A DNA stretch of 64,000 nucleotides, from NCBI RefSeq assembly GCF_006345805.1, contig NC_043011.1, positions 60,152,464-60,216,463 of the forward strand. The letters are read 5' to 3'. Of the stretch, positions 50,828 through 64,000 are shown one piece after another. Source of the DNA: Octopus sinensis. Its lineage: Eukaryota. The notes below the pieces were generated by a model that was not told the DNA's origin, ran no database searches, and worked only from the letters and a program-made list of their open reading frames with translations. A program made the position numbers and the translations under genes. Numbering within the stretch: position 1 is the first letter of the stretch; every line of letters begins with the position of its first letter.

Positions 50828-51208
50828 GTGGAGACGCAATGGCCCAGTGGTTAGGGCAGCGGACTCGCAGTCATAGGATCGCGGTTTCGATTCCTAAACT
50901 GGGCGTTGTGAGTGTTTATTGAGCGAAAACACCTAAAAGCTCCACGAGGCTCAGGCAGGAGATGGTGGTGATCCCTGCTGTACTCTTTCACCACAACTTT
51001 CTCTCACTCTTACTTCCTGTTTCTGTTGTACCTGTATTTCAAGGGACCGGCCTTGTCACTCTCTGTGTCACGCTGAATATCCCCGAGAACTACGTTAAGG
51101 GTACACGTGTCTGTGGAGTGCTCAGCCACTCACACGTTAATTTCACGAGCAGGCTGTTCTGTTGATTCGGACCAACCGGAACCCTCGTCGTCGTAACCGA
51201 CGGAGTGC
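50828..51208 (+). mobile_element. tRNA-derived SINE, family C (young)
   Basis: ggagacgcaatggcccagtggttagggcagcggactcg...gtttcgattcc (A/B boxes), ending ...gtcgtaaccgacggagtgc. Confidence 0.9.
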
Positions 51209-52060
51209 AAAGAGACTTAATGTGTACTTCCTCATTTTTATGATAGTGGGGTTGTTATTTCAGGGAGATTTAACTGTTATTTCTTTTCATGTTAGTATAT
51301 GTATATATTTTCATGTTAGTATATGTGTGTGTGTGTGTGTGTATGAAAGTATGTGGCCTAGTTGTTAGGGTTTTGCTCTTACGATTGCTAGGTCATGGGT
51401 TTGATTCCCATACTGGGTGGAGGATTGTGGTCATTTCATGTTGTGCCAATCCCTCAGCCATAAATGAGTAACCCTGTGATGGACTACCCTCTGGTCAGTG
51501 GGGAATGTTAGCCTGACGACCTATCCAGTGAGATGGCATCATTCGAAAGCTGAGATGATGCAAAGCGCATTGTGACTAGCAATGAATAACAACATCCAAT
51601 GGTCTGGTCGATAACAGGATGTGATATGTGTGTGTGTGTGTTTGTGAGGTGTGTGTGTGCATGTGCATGTGCGTGTGTAACTGTAATTATTCTTATGTGA
51701 AATTCCATACAAATTTTACTTTACCAAATCGAAAAAAGAAAATTTTAACAATAAGTGGTAGGTAGCCATGTTTTCTTGTATTATGTGTAGATGTATCTAT
51801 CAGTATATCTGTTTCTATGGCGTGTGAGTCTAACATATGTATACGTAAGAGATTATTTGTGAAATAGTAATTTAAACAGAATCTCTAATAGTGTTTTGGA
51901 TTAGTGATATATATATATATATATATATTTATAATATATAGACACATACACACACATAGGTATGTATGTATATGTGTGTGTGTGTGTGTGTGTATATATA
52001 TACATATATATATATATATGATATATAGACACACACACACACATATAGGTATGTGTGTGA

Positions 52061-52092
<32 letters not shown>

Positions 52093-52633
52093 AGTCCAAC
52101 AGTAGGGTGTTATAAATCTGTAATATTCCCCTGTATATAATACAATGGCTGACATTATGAAGAAGAAAGTATTGTTGTAACTGATGTAGATGTGATAGGG
52201 AGCCTGCAAGGAGGGTCACATATGTTGCTGATGAATGAGATATCAAGAAGAAAAACAAGAATGCATGCAGGGTTTGGAAGCAAATATTTTCTTAACATTC
52301 ACAAATATAAGAAAAATATTTTTAAAAAAGAGAAAATGATGTAAGAAAAAAATCCCCAACAAAATGGGAGATACAACTCCAGCGATAAAGTTATTTACCA
52401 ACTTATCTTCTGAAAATATCTTTGAATATTTGGGAAACAAACATCTTAAGCATCTTTCGAATAAATGTTTATGACTGAGTTGTTTAGAAGTCGATTTCCA
52501 AACTGTTTGCTCTCAGGTTCAGTTCCACTGTGTACCATCTTGGACAAGCATCTTCTACTACAGCCCAAGGTTTACAGCCTGTGTGGATTTGGTAAAAGGA
52601 AACTGAAAGAAGCCCATTATGTATGGGTGTGCA

Positions 52634-52670
<37 letters not shown>

Positions 52671-52676
52671 TTTTTT

Positions 52677-52914
52677 AATGGGAGAGGCTGGCTTAAGGGA
52701 TTACCCTGGGTTTCCCATCCATAAAGGATTTAGCTTTATGGCATATCGTCAGACCTCCAAAACTTGTTGGCCTAAGACCTCTTCAAAATATGGTGGTGGG
52801 GAAAGCCTTGCTACGGTGAACTATGGGAGATTACCTCCCTTCACCATTGGCTATCGACTTCTGGCTTTATGGATGGGAAACGCAGGGTGATCACCTAAAC
52901 CGGCTTCCCTCATT
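52677..52914. mobile_element. MITE with TIRs of about 50 bp
   Basis: Left arm aatgggagaggctggcttaagggattaccctgggtttcccatccataaag matches the reverse complement of the right end with 9 mismatches in 50 bp. Superfamily unresolved. Confidence 0.8.
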
Positions 52915-53240
52915 GAAATATACACTGCTCTACATCTTAGAGTGTGCATCTTTGGATTTATGTTTTCTACAAATGATATACATATATATATACACAGACA
53001 GAGAGTGAACATACTACTATCATGTTCTTAAAAATGAAATCAACCTCTCTGTCTATATATCTACCCTCTTTATAATGTTGGCAAATGAAATAGGGATAAG
53101 AATGTGCATTGTCCGGTTAATTGTAAAATTCTATAAGAGGCTGAAGATTGCTCGACATTTTAAAACTTACAGTGTTTAATAAAATGAAGTAGCATGAAAC
53201 AATTGTACCACTTTACCTTGGACATACTTGTTGCTTATTT

Positions 53241-53280
<40 letters not shown>

Positions 53281-55534
53281 TAATTTGGGAAAATGAATGG
53301 GATGCTGGTCCATTGCAAGTGAGCTGCTAGATGCAGGAGGAAAGAGTGAGAGAAAAGTTGTGGTGAAAGAGTCAGCAGAAGTTTGCAATTACCTTCTGCC
53401 AGAGCAACATGGAGCTTAGGTATTTCGCTCATAAACACACACATCATCCGGTCTGAGATTCAAACCCGCGATAACTGCTCTAACCACTAGGCCTTGTGCC
53501 TCCACATTCTAATTAATTAATTTATATTAATTTCAATTGATTATTCCAATTAATAATATTAAACCAATTGTCTAGAAAATAATTATATATTCTTGTTGAT
53601 TAGTTGACGAAGAAAGAAACGAGTTATATTTTGCTGAACTTTTGATTAACTCTTCTTGTCTCTGTCCCACGCACTGAATGAATCAGGATCTCATTAGCTA
53701 CCTCATGCTGCATCCTAATTAAATGCAGTCCTAATTCAGCTTTACTTTCCTCTTTTCTCCTACTACACATCTCAAATTTCCTCACTCATCTTCCTTATTT
53801 CTGTTTCTCAATTAATTTTGTTACTTTCAGATATGTACATTCTTTTCTCTCTAGTTTCATATAAATACAAGTAAATTTTATAGGTTTATGGATTGATTCT
53901 CATTACACTATAAAACTTTGAGGAAAATTATCACCAATTCTCTGTAACAGTAATAATTAAAGAAGGTGTTGATTAACAAGTGTTTCTATTGCCTTTGAGA
54001 TGTTGGAAACATGAGTGATACATTATTAGTTTGCAGAGGGAAAGAAATTTCTCTTTCCAAGGGTGGCACATACTGCAGCATGTTCCTAAAGACTGGGAAT
54101 TTATTTCTTTAAAGTGAGAATTTATAAGCCTTTTGTTATCTGGTTCAATTAATTTTGAAAATAACAAAGAATTTAGTAAAATAAATTTGTTGTTATTAAA
54201 CTGGTGGTCAGATCATTAAGTAACATGAAGTTTTCATTTGAACCACTTTAAAACAAGAAATTTATATCATACAACCAGGGTGTCTCATGTGGTTTGGTAC
54301 CAAAAGGGATGAAAGACTTAGGGCGACAACAGGAGAAACTCTGGAGTGCCCCATGTCAGGGTAATTGAAAGGGCAGTGTCAGGGCTAAGGTGCCTACTGC
54401 ATTTATCAATGAGTTTCTATTGCGGATGCATGTCGTGGCAAACCCTATGGATATAAGAACTTGGGAGGAGATTTATGGAATCCATGTAGTATAGAGTTGA
54501 AAGTCCAACTGGCAACAAATATAAAAGTTATTTCAAATAAAATATTGATAACAGAAACCACCTTGGCTGAGGAGTGTTCAGTAGGGAGATTTGGAAAATT
54601 TGGTGGAGATCCTTTCGATTAGGAATCAAACAGATTAGCTGTGATATTGGAAAGGGGGATATCTGACAGGCTGTGCAACACATGAAGATGCCTTTTGTGT
54701 TTTTGATAGTTATCGTGCAGGCATTGCAATGGTGAGTAAAAGTTCCAGGCAGTGGTTTAATCATCTCCTGCAATGTAGGCAGATGAAACACTTAGCAGGC
54801 ATAAGGGGGTAGCTACTGGAACTTTTTGTTGCTGAAATCCAAATGAACAAGGCGAGTAAAAGAATGGGGATGAGAGAGATCTACAAAAGGGAAAAAGCTA
54901 TCTTTTGAGAGTGAATATAAAGTATATTTTTGATAATAGATGATAATGGAGATAAGAAGGAAAGATATTTGTATCTCAAAGAAAAATAAAATGAAATATT
55001 TCTCAGAGGAATATAAAATGTATGGTTTGCATATTTGTGTAGAGCAGGGAGAGTTGTACATGTTGGGAAATAGTGAAAATAAAAATGTTGATAATTCTAA
55101 TTTAAAACAAGCAGTAAAAATATAAATCTTCTTGCCTAACGTAAAAACAATCCCATAAAAAAAAGACTGTTTATTTTAAGCAAGTAATTATTTTGCAGGA
55201 AACATTAAATTAATATTGATAGAATTAGTTATTGCCTGCTTGTCTATCGATAATTGTATAGAATGGGGAGAATTGTCCTAGTTAAGAAGTTGTGGTAATC
55301 CGAATGTTGATAATTTTGGCTGACGTCACGAGTAAAATATACGATAAATCTTGACTTCACCGTGCGTAAAGAAAACAACAAGTCCATAAAAAATTTATTT
55401 TAAGCAACTCATTATTCCACAGGAAACATTGAAACTACTATTAACAGAACTAGTTAGTAACTACTTATATTCTAACACTCAGACTTATTCAGTTGACTAT
55501 ATTTAAAGATAAAGTAGTACAGAGAATCACTTAC

Positions 55535-55609
55535 CTTTTCTAATATCCCCATACACTCTTTATGTGCAACAATTTTACAAGCAACACACTTTTTCCTTGG
55601 ACCAGATTT
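55535..55609 (-). CDS. DGKZ: Diacylglycerol kinase zeta/iota (type IV, rdgA-like), coding exon for the second half of the C1a domain
   Basis: 75-nt exon with acceptor cttgttttag| and donor |gtaagt, phase 0 at both ends. It translates to KSGPRKKCVACKIVAHKECMGILEK, matching recalled human DGKZ [25 protein letters not shown], with C-x2-C-x4-H-x2-C ligands conserved. Confidence 0.93.
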
Positions 55610-55756
55610 CTAAAACAAGAAAAAGAAAATTAGTAAACAATGGAATAATAAACAGTTTTGAAAAAACTACCATCGCTTAAATCAAAACAGTTAACTATCA
55701 TCCAACTATAGACACCTTCCCATTCTAATGGGCTTGCATGTGTGTGTGTCTGTTAT

Positions 55757-55970
55757 CTTTTAGATGTTTCACTCATTTGACTGTGGCCATGCTGGGGCAT
55801 CACCTTGAAGAATTTTTAGTTAAATGAATTGACCCCAATACTTTTATTTAAAGGCCTGGTACTGATACAATTGGTGTCGAACCACTGAGTTATGGGGACA
55901 TAAACACACTAACACCACTTGGCAAGAAGTGGTGGCAGACATAGACACAAAAACGCACATACACACACAC

Positions 55971-56004
<34 letters not shown>

Positions 56005-56189
56005 CCATGGAAGGCAGATGTTATATATATATATATTATACAATAAGCTTCTTTTAGTTTTTGTCTACCAAAACCACTCACAAAGCTATGGTCAGCCCAA
56101 GACTATAAAAGAGGATGCCCAAGGTATCACACAATGGGACTGAACCCAGAACAATATGGTTAGGAAGCTAGCTTCTTACCACACAACCA
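55757..56189 (-). mobile_element. tRNA-derived SINE, family A
   Basis: Diverged full-length copy about 150 bp from the acceptor of the 55535 exon. Confidence 0.8.
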
Positions 56190-57034
56190 GTGAGATACCC
56201 TATGGAGAGCTCAACTGTTTCATGGTCTAGTTGATATCAACTTCATCCAAGAAATAGATGAGCTTTCCATAGAGATCCTCACTATCAAGATAATGAATGC
56301 ACTATACTTAATTGTGTACTGAGACCTCATTTTAAATCTAATCTTCCTATATCTATACTTGTCATATTCCATACATATATAACATAAAGTCAGGAGGTGT
56401 GAAAAGTGAAGATGAGTATATTTTTTATATGAATACCATATGATTACATATGTTTTGTAACCTTCTTGGACCGTAGAGGTAACCATGATGCTCTGGTCAT
56501 CTAATGGGTTAGCTATAATTGTATCCTATAATTCTGAGCATACATACTGATGTAAATATGTATAATTCTGCATATCAAATTAACAATATTATGAAGGTTA
56601 TGAAACAGCTGTAATCATATGGAAATCATATGGATAAATAAACTCCTTGCAAAAATGTTCATCTTTAAGATCTGGATTTTCATTACAAGGACATATTATA
56701 TCATATTACATGGTAAATGATTGCTATGTAAACTAATAGCCAATTCTGTATGGGGAGCTCCCTGTGATAGCTGCATGATTATCTGAATCCATATTTTGTA
56801 CTACATTTTATAAATACACACACACATACACACACACACATATAGGTGTGGCCAGGTGGGAAGAAGGTTGCTTCTCAACCACATGGTTCCAGATTCAATC
56901 TCACTGCATGGTACCTTGGACAAGTGCCTTCTACTACAGCCTTCAAGCCAACCAGAGCCTTGTCAGTAGATTTGGTAGATGGAAACTGAAAGAAGGCTGT
57001 TGTGTGTGTGTGTGTATACATATATATATATATA

Positions 57035-57495
57035 TTGGGTCATCCCATAAATAATGTGGTGTTTTCAATTGCATGAACTAAAAGTCAGAGGGAGATGGGA
57101 TAAACTACCTACATCGACTTGCTATAAATGCAGGTAGTAATTTTACCTCGTACTTATTCTTAGTACAAGTTTTCAAGAGTGCAGTTCAATTTTAACAGTT
57201 ATTTATTCAAAGCAATAATGGAAGTAACAAAGGAGCATATTCAGCATAATTTGCTTTATGAGTTCAATAAAGGCAACAATGCAATGGAAAGTGTAAGAAA
57301 TATTACTGCAGTATATGAGGATAAGACAATAAGCATAAGCCAGTGTCAATAGTGGTTCTAGAAATTCCAAGCTGGAAACTACAGCCTAGAAGACAAGCCT
57401 CATCCTGGAAGATCTGTAGAGCTCAATGAGGACATCTTGCAAACCCTGTTGGAACAAAATCCCATTGTAACTGTTGAGGAACTAGCAGAGAAGTG
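57035..57495 (+). mobile_element. Mariner transposon, left TIR and 5' transposase pseudogene
   Basis: TA|TTGGGTCATCCCATAAATAATG left end. From ATG at 57218 it reads MEVTKEHIQHNLLYEFNKGNNAMESVRNITAVYEDKTISISQCQ*WF*KFQAGNYSLEDKPHPGRSVELNEDILQTLLEQNPIVTVEELAEK, a Mos1/SETMAR-like HTH region with two stops. Confidence 0.92.
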
Positions 57496-57707
57496 GTTTG
57501 GCTAAAGAGACCAATAGAATAAGTATCAGGCTTAAAAAGGAAAGTACTGGGGCCAGTACATTTGAGTTCTTCAATGTGGTGCCCCAGCATGGCCACAGTC
57601 TAATGACTGAACCAAATGAAAGATAATATATCATCATTGTTTAACATCTGTCTTGTATGCATGGGTAGGAAAGTTGGCAAGAACCTGCCAGGTAGAAGAC
57701 TATCTGA

Positions 57708-57709
<2 letters not shown>

Positions 57710-57771
<62 letters not shown>
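57710..57771. repeat. (GA)n microsatellite
   Basis: Direct inspection. Confidence 0.97.
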
Positions 57772-57774
<3 letters not shown>

Positions 57775-59064
57775 ATTGGTCTTAATGAGCAGTGGTAAGG
57801 AAAATACACAGTAGCATAAAGTGCGACTGAACCAAGAGTTTGCTCATTAGTCAGTAATTTGTACAATTTACAATAATCATGTAACAAGATTGTAGTTGTG
57901 TAAGATGGGTGGAACAAATATTGCAAGGGACTTCCTTTGATAGCACATCTTCACTGGTTTCCTCTCTAATATACATTACCAAAGCACACACACTGTTCTG
58001 CCTCCGTCCACCCAATCCCTCTTTGGTCAATCCAAACACTGCAGTAATGGAAACTTATGACTTTTAAAATCTATATTGTAACATGTGCCACTTTTATATT
58101 ATCATCCTTTCACATAATTATCAGGTCATATACGTCACACAACGTGGCATGACGAAGATAAACATTTCTATTCGTTACAGTACTTTCTCAGCTAATCTGT
58201 AATTTTTCATTGTCTGTTTACTAAACAGACGTGTTTTTGTTGTTTTATTGTTCTTTTTTTTTTTTCATTGTTTAATGTTTAAAATTTATTTTATTTATTT
58301 TTAGCTATCTCTCCTTCATCTTTGGTCTGTCTCAAGAGACAAAGTTAAAAGCTTGCTTAGAAAATCTGGCTGTATCTAAGCTCAGTACACGAAAACCTAG
58401 CATTATCATTGCAAATGGAGTTGTACGTATCTGTAATTCTGTTGATGCAGTTGTTGTTGTTGAAGCTGCTTTGTCTAAGCTTTGAGCAGACTTACTAACG
58501 AAAAACTCACTAACCATGACCACCCCAGCTTTTACTCTATGCAGTGTATCTACAACTGAATTATTCAATATGAATTTATATATATTTCGTTTATGGATTT
58601 GGTTTGCAAAATCTTTACATGAGTTCGTGTATTGAAGCATATTCTGCTGTGTCTGGGGAGAGTCATTTTCTTCTTGTGCCTTATAATATAACACACTCAC
58701 TGGTAAAAATTTCCACTTTTTCTTCTTATTTTTATATATATATTAAATTATAGAGTATGATTTGAAGAAGATTTGGTTGTTATTTCTAGCAAATGCATAA
58801 ATTTATTGGTTTGGATTAATCATTGTCATTATGGCTGTTTAGTTCCAAGTCAGTTCTGATTGAGCAGATTCATGGTAAAAGATGTTCCTGCTGTAACCAT
58901 CCTATATTTTTGTAACAGTTACAAGCATTACATTCTGCAATGTGTCCTTCCATTCTCATAAAGGTTATCCTTCAGTAAAGGATTTAGCTGCTAGTTTTAA
59001 CAGATTGAGTAACCACAAGGAGGCTCACTCCTCATGTTGGTCTGTTTGGTATTAATTAAAAGTA

Positions 59065-59462
59065 TTCTTTTATTCTTTTACTTGTTTCAGTAATTTGACT
59101 GTGGCCATTGGCTTATTTTTTTTTAAAGCCTAGTACTTATTCTATCAGTCTCTTTTGCCGAACTGCTAGGTTATGGGGATGTAAACATACCAGCATTGGT
59201 TGCTATGCAGTATTGGTGGTGAGGGACAAACACTGACACAAAGACACACACACATATATTTATATATATGGCAAATGGAAAGTGGAATATATGTGAATTG
59301 GTTTGAATTTTATGTATACACAACAGGCTTCTTTCAGTTTCTGTCTACCAAATCCATTCATAAGGTTTTGGTTGGCCAAGGCTATAGAAGAAGACACTTG
59401 CCTGAGTGAGACTGAACCTGGAACCATGTGGTTGGGAAGCAGTCTTCTTACCACACAGCCAC
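59065..59462 (-). mobile_element. tRNA-derived SINE, family A
   Basis: Head, core and tail recognisable. Confidence 0.82.
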
Positions 59463-60975
59463 ATTTGACATTTTTATCTATTCAGAGTGATTGATAAAGT
59501 GCATGTGAGAGCTGGTGACAGTAAGGGCATTTGGCCATAGAAAATGCTAATGATGACGATCATGTTGATAACATGAGAGATATCTTCAAGTGTTGACCTC
59601 ATGCAATCAAGCTTGTCTTCATCTTTTAAAGGAACGCTTCATTTGTTATTTAATCTTCAAGAACTTATTTTCACACTGCTTGAAATCTTGAATGCTTGCA
59701 TCCTTTTACATTCACCTGCTTTGCTCATTTACCTGTATTTCGCTCATTATCTGCATTGAAAAATCTCCTCCAATGTACAACTAATAAAAAAGCTTTTTCT
59801 AACAAGATGAGAAATGTTGATGCTATATTATCAACTACCATGAGATAATATTAAGCCATCATTCCTTAATCACTTAACGGTAGCTGACAGTTTTGGTTCT
59901 ATTTGATTCTGATATTATAAAGACTCCAGGGTGAACATCAACTAGATTAGAAAACCTATTACAGGAATATTTAGAACCTAACTCATATAAGGAATTCCCT
60001 GAGCTGGTTTTGTAGAAAAAGATTCGTGCAGTATAGCTCTTTATGTTACTTCTATAATTTTCTATCTAATAAATAAACTTCCAACGGCATTCCTAAATAG
60101 AAGAACATAGCCTTGTACCTTTCTGAAGTTGTTATTTAAACCCAGTGCAACCCTAATTGAGAAAATTTAAGATTAAAGGCATTGTAACTATGACCACGAT
60201 ATCCAAAATGCATTTTTAACATCGTAGCATGTAAGCTGGGGGAGGGATTTGGCTGCTATTTCTAGCAAGTTGAGTGATGGAAAGAAGGGGCTGTTTTATA
60301 CATTCCACTGATCAAAAGGGGATAAAAAAATTAATACTGTATTTTCTGGCATACAAGTTGAATTTTCTTCAGACTAAAATTTATAGCCAAAAAGAAAAAA
60401 AAAAGGTTGGTCGACTTCTAAACCAAGATGACATTGGAGGACCAAAAATTCCATGTGAAATGCAGCAGGATTTGGAAGGACAACAGTAATGATGTTTGAA
60501 TGTTTACAAACCGTGTTTACACTACATACTATGTTGACTTGTATGCAAGGAAATACAGTACTGAGATTGATGTAATCAACCGTATCAAAGAAAGTAGTGT
60601 GCTAGCATAGACACAGCCCAATGAATATAAATGTAAATAAAACAGAAAGAAATGCATTGGAATGCAATAACACATTTAGAAAATATCAAGATTATATTAA
60701 CACATTTTAAAGGTGGTGGCCCTGTATGGACTTAACCAAAATGGTTTAAATGAAATAAAGAACTGCATAATACATAACTGAGTGTGTTATATTTGGTTTT
60801 GATAGTTTTGTCATGAGACATAAGAGATATCTAATGAGAGGAAGTTACCACAATGTAAGTAAATAATTTATCCTGTAGCAATGCAATTAGTGATTGAAAT
60901 TAAAAATGTTAATATCAGTAGCAAAAATTTGAAACAGTTTCCATGTATAGGAACACACACTTATATACAGATATA

Positions 60976-61832
60976 CAGGCATACTCCACCCTATGTCATT
61001 AATTGGTCCCAGGAGACACGACTTAAGTTGAATTTACTTGTCTCGAGGCTAAACCATCCCCAGTTCTGTACTTTATTTATGAATGCATTTTCAGTAATAC
61101 ATGGTTAGTAAAATCCTATTTTAAGCTTACAAACGAATAATTTTTTCTTAGTGATGACAGTGTTCTTCATCCTTGGGGCTTCAGACTTGATATGTGCTAA
61201 AAATTTGTCCTCATTATGTACAATCATCAATACAGCTGTCTGACTCATCCCAAAAGATCATACAATTGCTACCACTTTTTCACCTTTTTCATGGCATTTT
61301 ATCGTAGCCAGTTTATCTCCCAGCATTATAGCATGATGCTTAGCACTTACACTATGAATTTTCTTGGGAGCCATGGAGGCAAAAAATAAAGTCACAAATG
61401 AATGAGAATGTGAAAGTAGCTGATAAACAGATGTAAACAAATCTGAATTCAAAACAATTGTGGGAATTATGAGTGACAACGACGCCTAATGGTAGATATC
61501 GGAACTACAGTGCAATATGAGCTCCGAAAGACCAATAAATAAGACAACACAGCAGATTTCATGATTTTGTTCACTAAGCTACACTACTTTATGGTGTGTA
61601 TCCTAACATTTACTGTACATATTTTAATATGATTTTATATACTTTTATTCTTATTTATTGTACAGTAACAAGATTTTATGTGCTTTTAACAGTTTTTAAG
61701 TGATTTTACGATTCCAATTTTTGTGGTGAACAGATGTAAAGTTGAGCAAAATGACTTCACTTGATTTTTATTTTTCCATATATTATTTTTGAAAACTGAC
61801 ATATAACCAAGAATGACTTAAGCCAAGGTATG

Positions 61833-61836
<4 letters not shown>
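60976..61836 (-). mobile_element. Tigger/pogo internally deleted DNA transposon
   Basis: TA-flanked degenerate TIRs (CAGGCATACTCC... and ...AGGTATGCCTA). From ATG at 61374 it reads MAPKKIHSVSAKHHAIMLGDKLATIKCHEKGEKVVAIV*SFGMSQTAVLMIVHNEDK, a CENP-B-type HTH N-terminus. Confidence 0.85.
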
Positions 61837-61873
<37 letters not shown>

Positions 61874-62025
61874 CTGTCTGTCTATCTGTATGCATGTATG
61901 TATACACACACACACAGAGTATCTATGAAAGTATAGGTCAGAAAACCTATGTACTTATATATTTCCCAATAGAGTGCATATATTAATCAAAGTATACTGT
62001 ATTATAAAACCATTTTAACCAATAT

Positions 62026-62221
62026 TACCAATCGGTTTCACACTTGATATTAGACAACCAGATGTTAGGTAAAATAGCATGGTTAACTGGCTCTTCAGAG
62101 ATGGCAGGTATAGGAAAAAAATATGATGACTGCTGCCATATCTTAAAGGTATGTAGTATGAGTTAACTGCACTATTATCTAATATCTGGTTATCTAATAC
62201 CCAGTGTAAAACTAACTGGTA
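62026..62221. mobile_element. Degenerate MITE with inverted arms of about 60 bp
   Basis: ggtttcacacttgatattagacaaccagatgttagg pairs with the reverse complement of tctaatatctggttatctaatacccagtgtaaaact. Confidence 0.65.
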
Positions 62222-62293
62222 TGATCAGCTGAAATGGATTTAGAATTCTATATACATCAATGTGAGAGTGTGTGTGTGTATGTATACACACAT

Positions 62294-62332
<39 letters not shown>

Positions 62333-62333
<1 letters not shown>

Positions 62334-62601
62334 CGTCGCCTTACTGGCACCTGTGCTGGTGGCATGTGTAAAAAGATTCGAGTGAGGTCATTGCCAGTAC
62401 CGCCTGACTGGCCCCATGCCGGTGGCACGTAAAAAGCACCCACTACACTCTCGGAGTGGTTGGTGTTAGGAAGGGCATCCTGCTCTAGAAACTCTGCCAA
62501 ATCAAGATTGGAGCCTGGTGCAGCCATCTGGTTCGCCAGCCCTCAGTCAAAATCGTCAAACCCATGCTAGCATGGAAAGCGGACGTTAAACGATGATGAT
62601 G
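62333..62601 (+). mobile_element. RTE-LINE 3' tail or RTE-tailed element ending in (ATG)n
   Basis: aaaagcacccactacactctcggagtggttgg...gcatggaaagcggacgttaaacgatgatg. A near-identical copy lies at 20662-20840, and older ones near 4280-4495, 37560-37910, 39540-39730 and 47270-47450. Confidence 0.8.
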
Positions 62602-62647
62602 GTGATGATATATATATATATACATATATATATAATATATTCATATG

Positions 62648-62681
<34 letters not shown>

Positions 62682-63172
62682 AGTGAGAGAGAGAGAGAGA
62701 GAGCATGTGTGGGTTTGTGTGTACATACACAAAACCAAATGTTTAGAACACCCAGGCTTCTTGAGTGGTCATCCATGTAGTGATTGACTACATTTCACAT
62801 TGTTTAACCCTTGTGATCAAATGAACAGAGCATTTTTGTGTTTATATACAAACATTTATGAATGAATATATATTTGTTAGTGTAAGTATGATGAGCATAT
62901 ATTTATGCACCTGCATGCATGATGTATACGTGTGTGTCTACATATAAACACACACACATATATACATACACACACACACATATTAAAGTAAATATGATCA
63001 TTCTAATATATACAGTATGTTCTTATGTCAAGCTTATATATAAACGATGTAACATTCAACTGAAGGATAATTCAATATCTTTTAACTTTCATGCGGAAAA
63101 GGTTGACACTGACATTAATGTTTTGGTTTGCTTGCCTTCAGCTATACACATACATTGTGTGTGTGTGTGTGT

Positions 63173-63208
<36 letters not shown>

Positions 63209-64000
63209 ATGTACACATACACACACACAAACACACATATGTAATATGAAAAGAAATGTTGAAAATGCACACGGTGTCTTTAAAAAGTGTAATTTACATT
63301 TACTTAACCAGCTTCACAATTTTATGATTTTCAAAAGTAGGTAGAGATAGAAGAACCAACTCAAGACTCTTCCATTACACATTGCTTTTGAAAAGAATAA
63401 AAAAAAAGAAAAAACATTAAATTCTGAAACTGGTTATGTACATGTAAATAACTCTTTTTTAATATGGACTGCGAGAGCTTTTAAACATTTCTTTTCTTCA
63501 TACTTCTGCTCAGGTGAAAAAGAAAAACAAAGTATTTTTGTATATATATATATAAATGTATGTTTGTATGTATGTATGTAATGTATGCCTGTATGTATAT
63601 ATGCATGTATGTATATGCACACATACTGTGATCTTATACAAGAGGCCGAGAGTTGATACATGTATATATATTTAATTTAATTTAATTTAATGTAATTTAA
63701 TTGTTCTTTTTGAATTGATAAAGGTGGTTTTTTTCTAATTTTTATATATATATATATATTATATTTTATGAAATTTGATTTAGTATTTCTAAATTGAATT
63801 TTGCCCTGTAAGTTAGGAATAATATTCCCTGAAATAATTATTTTATATATATACATATATGGGGCTGGCCGGATCGGACCGATATCAGGATTAATCAGCC
63901 AAAATTGCTAAGATGATCCGGTTCCTGACTGAAGATTAGAGGCTTCGAATGACCTGTCTGTTTTTTTTGTGTCGTCTCTTTGTGTGGTTTGCGTTCTTGT

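Noticed and set aside
50828-50900. tRNA genes at SINE heads
   Set aside because: The A/B boxes are followed by SINE bodies. No complete cloverleaf with an acceptor stem and terminator was found.
57979-58039. Minus-strand exon-like unit (V)FGLTKEGLGGRRQNSVCAL with AG and GTAATG
   Set aside because: No DGK similarity, and it starts in phase 1, so it cannot be an in-frame cassette. It was not supported independently.
63880-63925. CTGAAGA...GAAT hammerhead-like string at the window end
   Set aside because: No stem II and no GAAA. It is probably the end of a repeat truncated by the window edge.

Overview
AT-rich, repeat-dense animal DNA. The SINE families, microsatellite load and tiny exons in huge introns suggest an octopus or other coleoid cephalopod; this is inferred from recalled repeat families, not a search. 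The whole window lies inside one minus-strand gene, a type IV diacylglycerol kinase (DGK-zeta/iota, rdgA-like). Only two short coding exons are present (55535-55609 KSGPRKKCVACKIVAHKECMGILEK and 19683-19739 KNMRCKPTFREAGVRNYRE), joined in phase 0 across a 35.8-kb intron. The flanking exons were not found and probably lie outside the window. The rest is intron, filled with tRNA-derived SINEs, RTE-tail elements, LINE fragments (CR1-like, RTE, R4/Dong-like), mariner and Tigger remnants, hAT- and piggyBac-type MITEs, and microsatellites. Most ORF-track entries are repeat artefacts. The main unexpected signal is a set of type I hammerhead-ribozyme motifs (Penelope-like LTR relics). Two sit in outward-facing inverted repeats (27768-27909 and 50100-50421) whose junctions lie at or just before the ribozyme core, and three more single copies are decayed to varying degrees. 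SINE boundaries are approximate.
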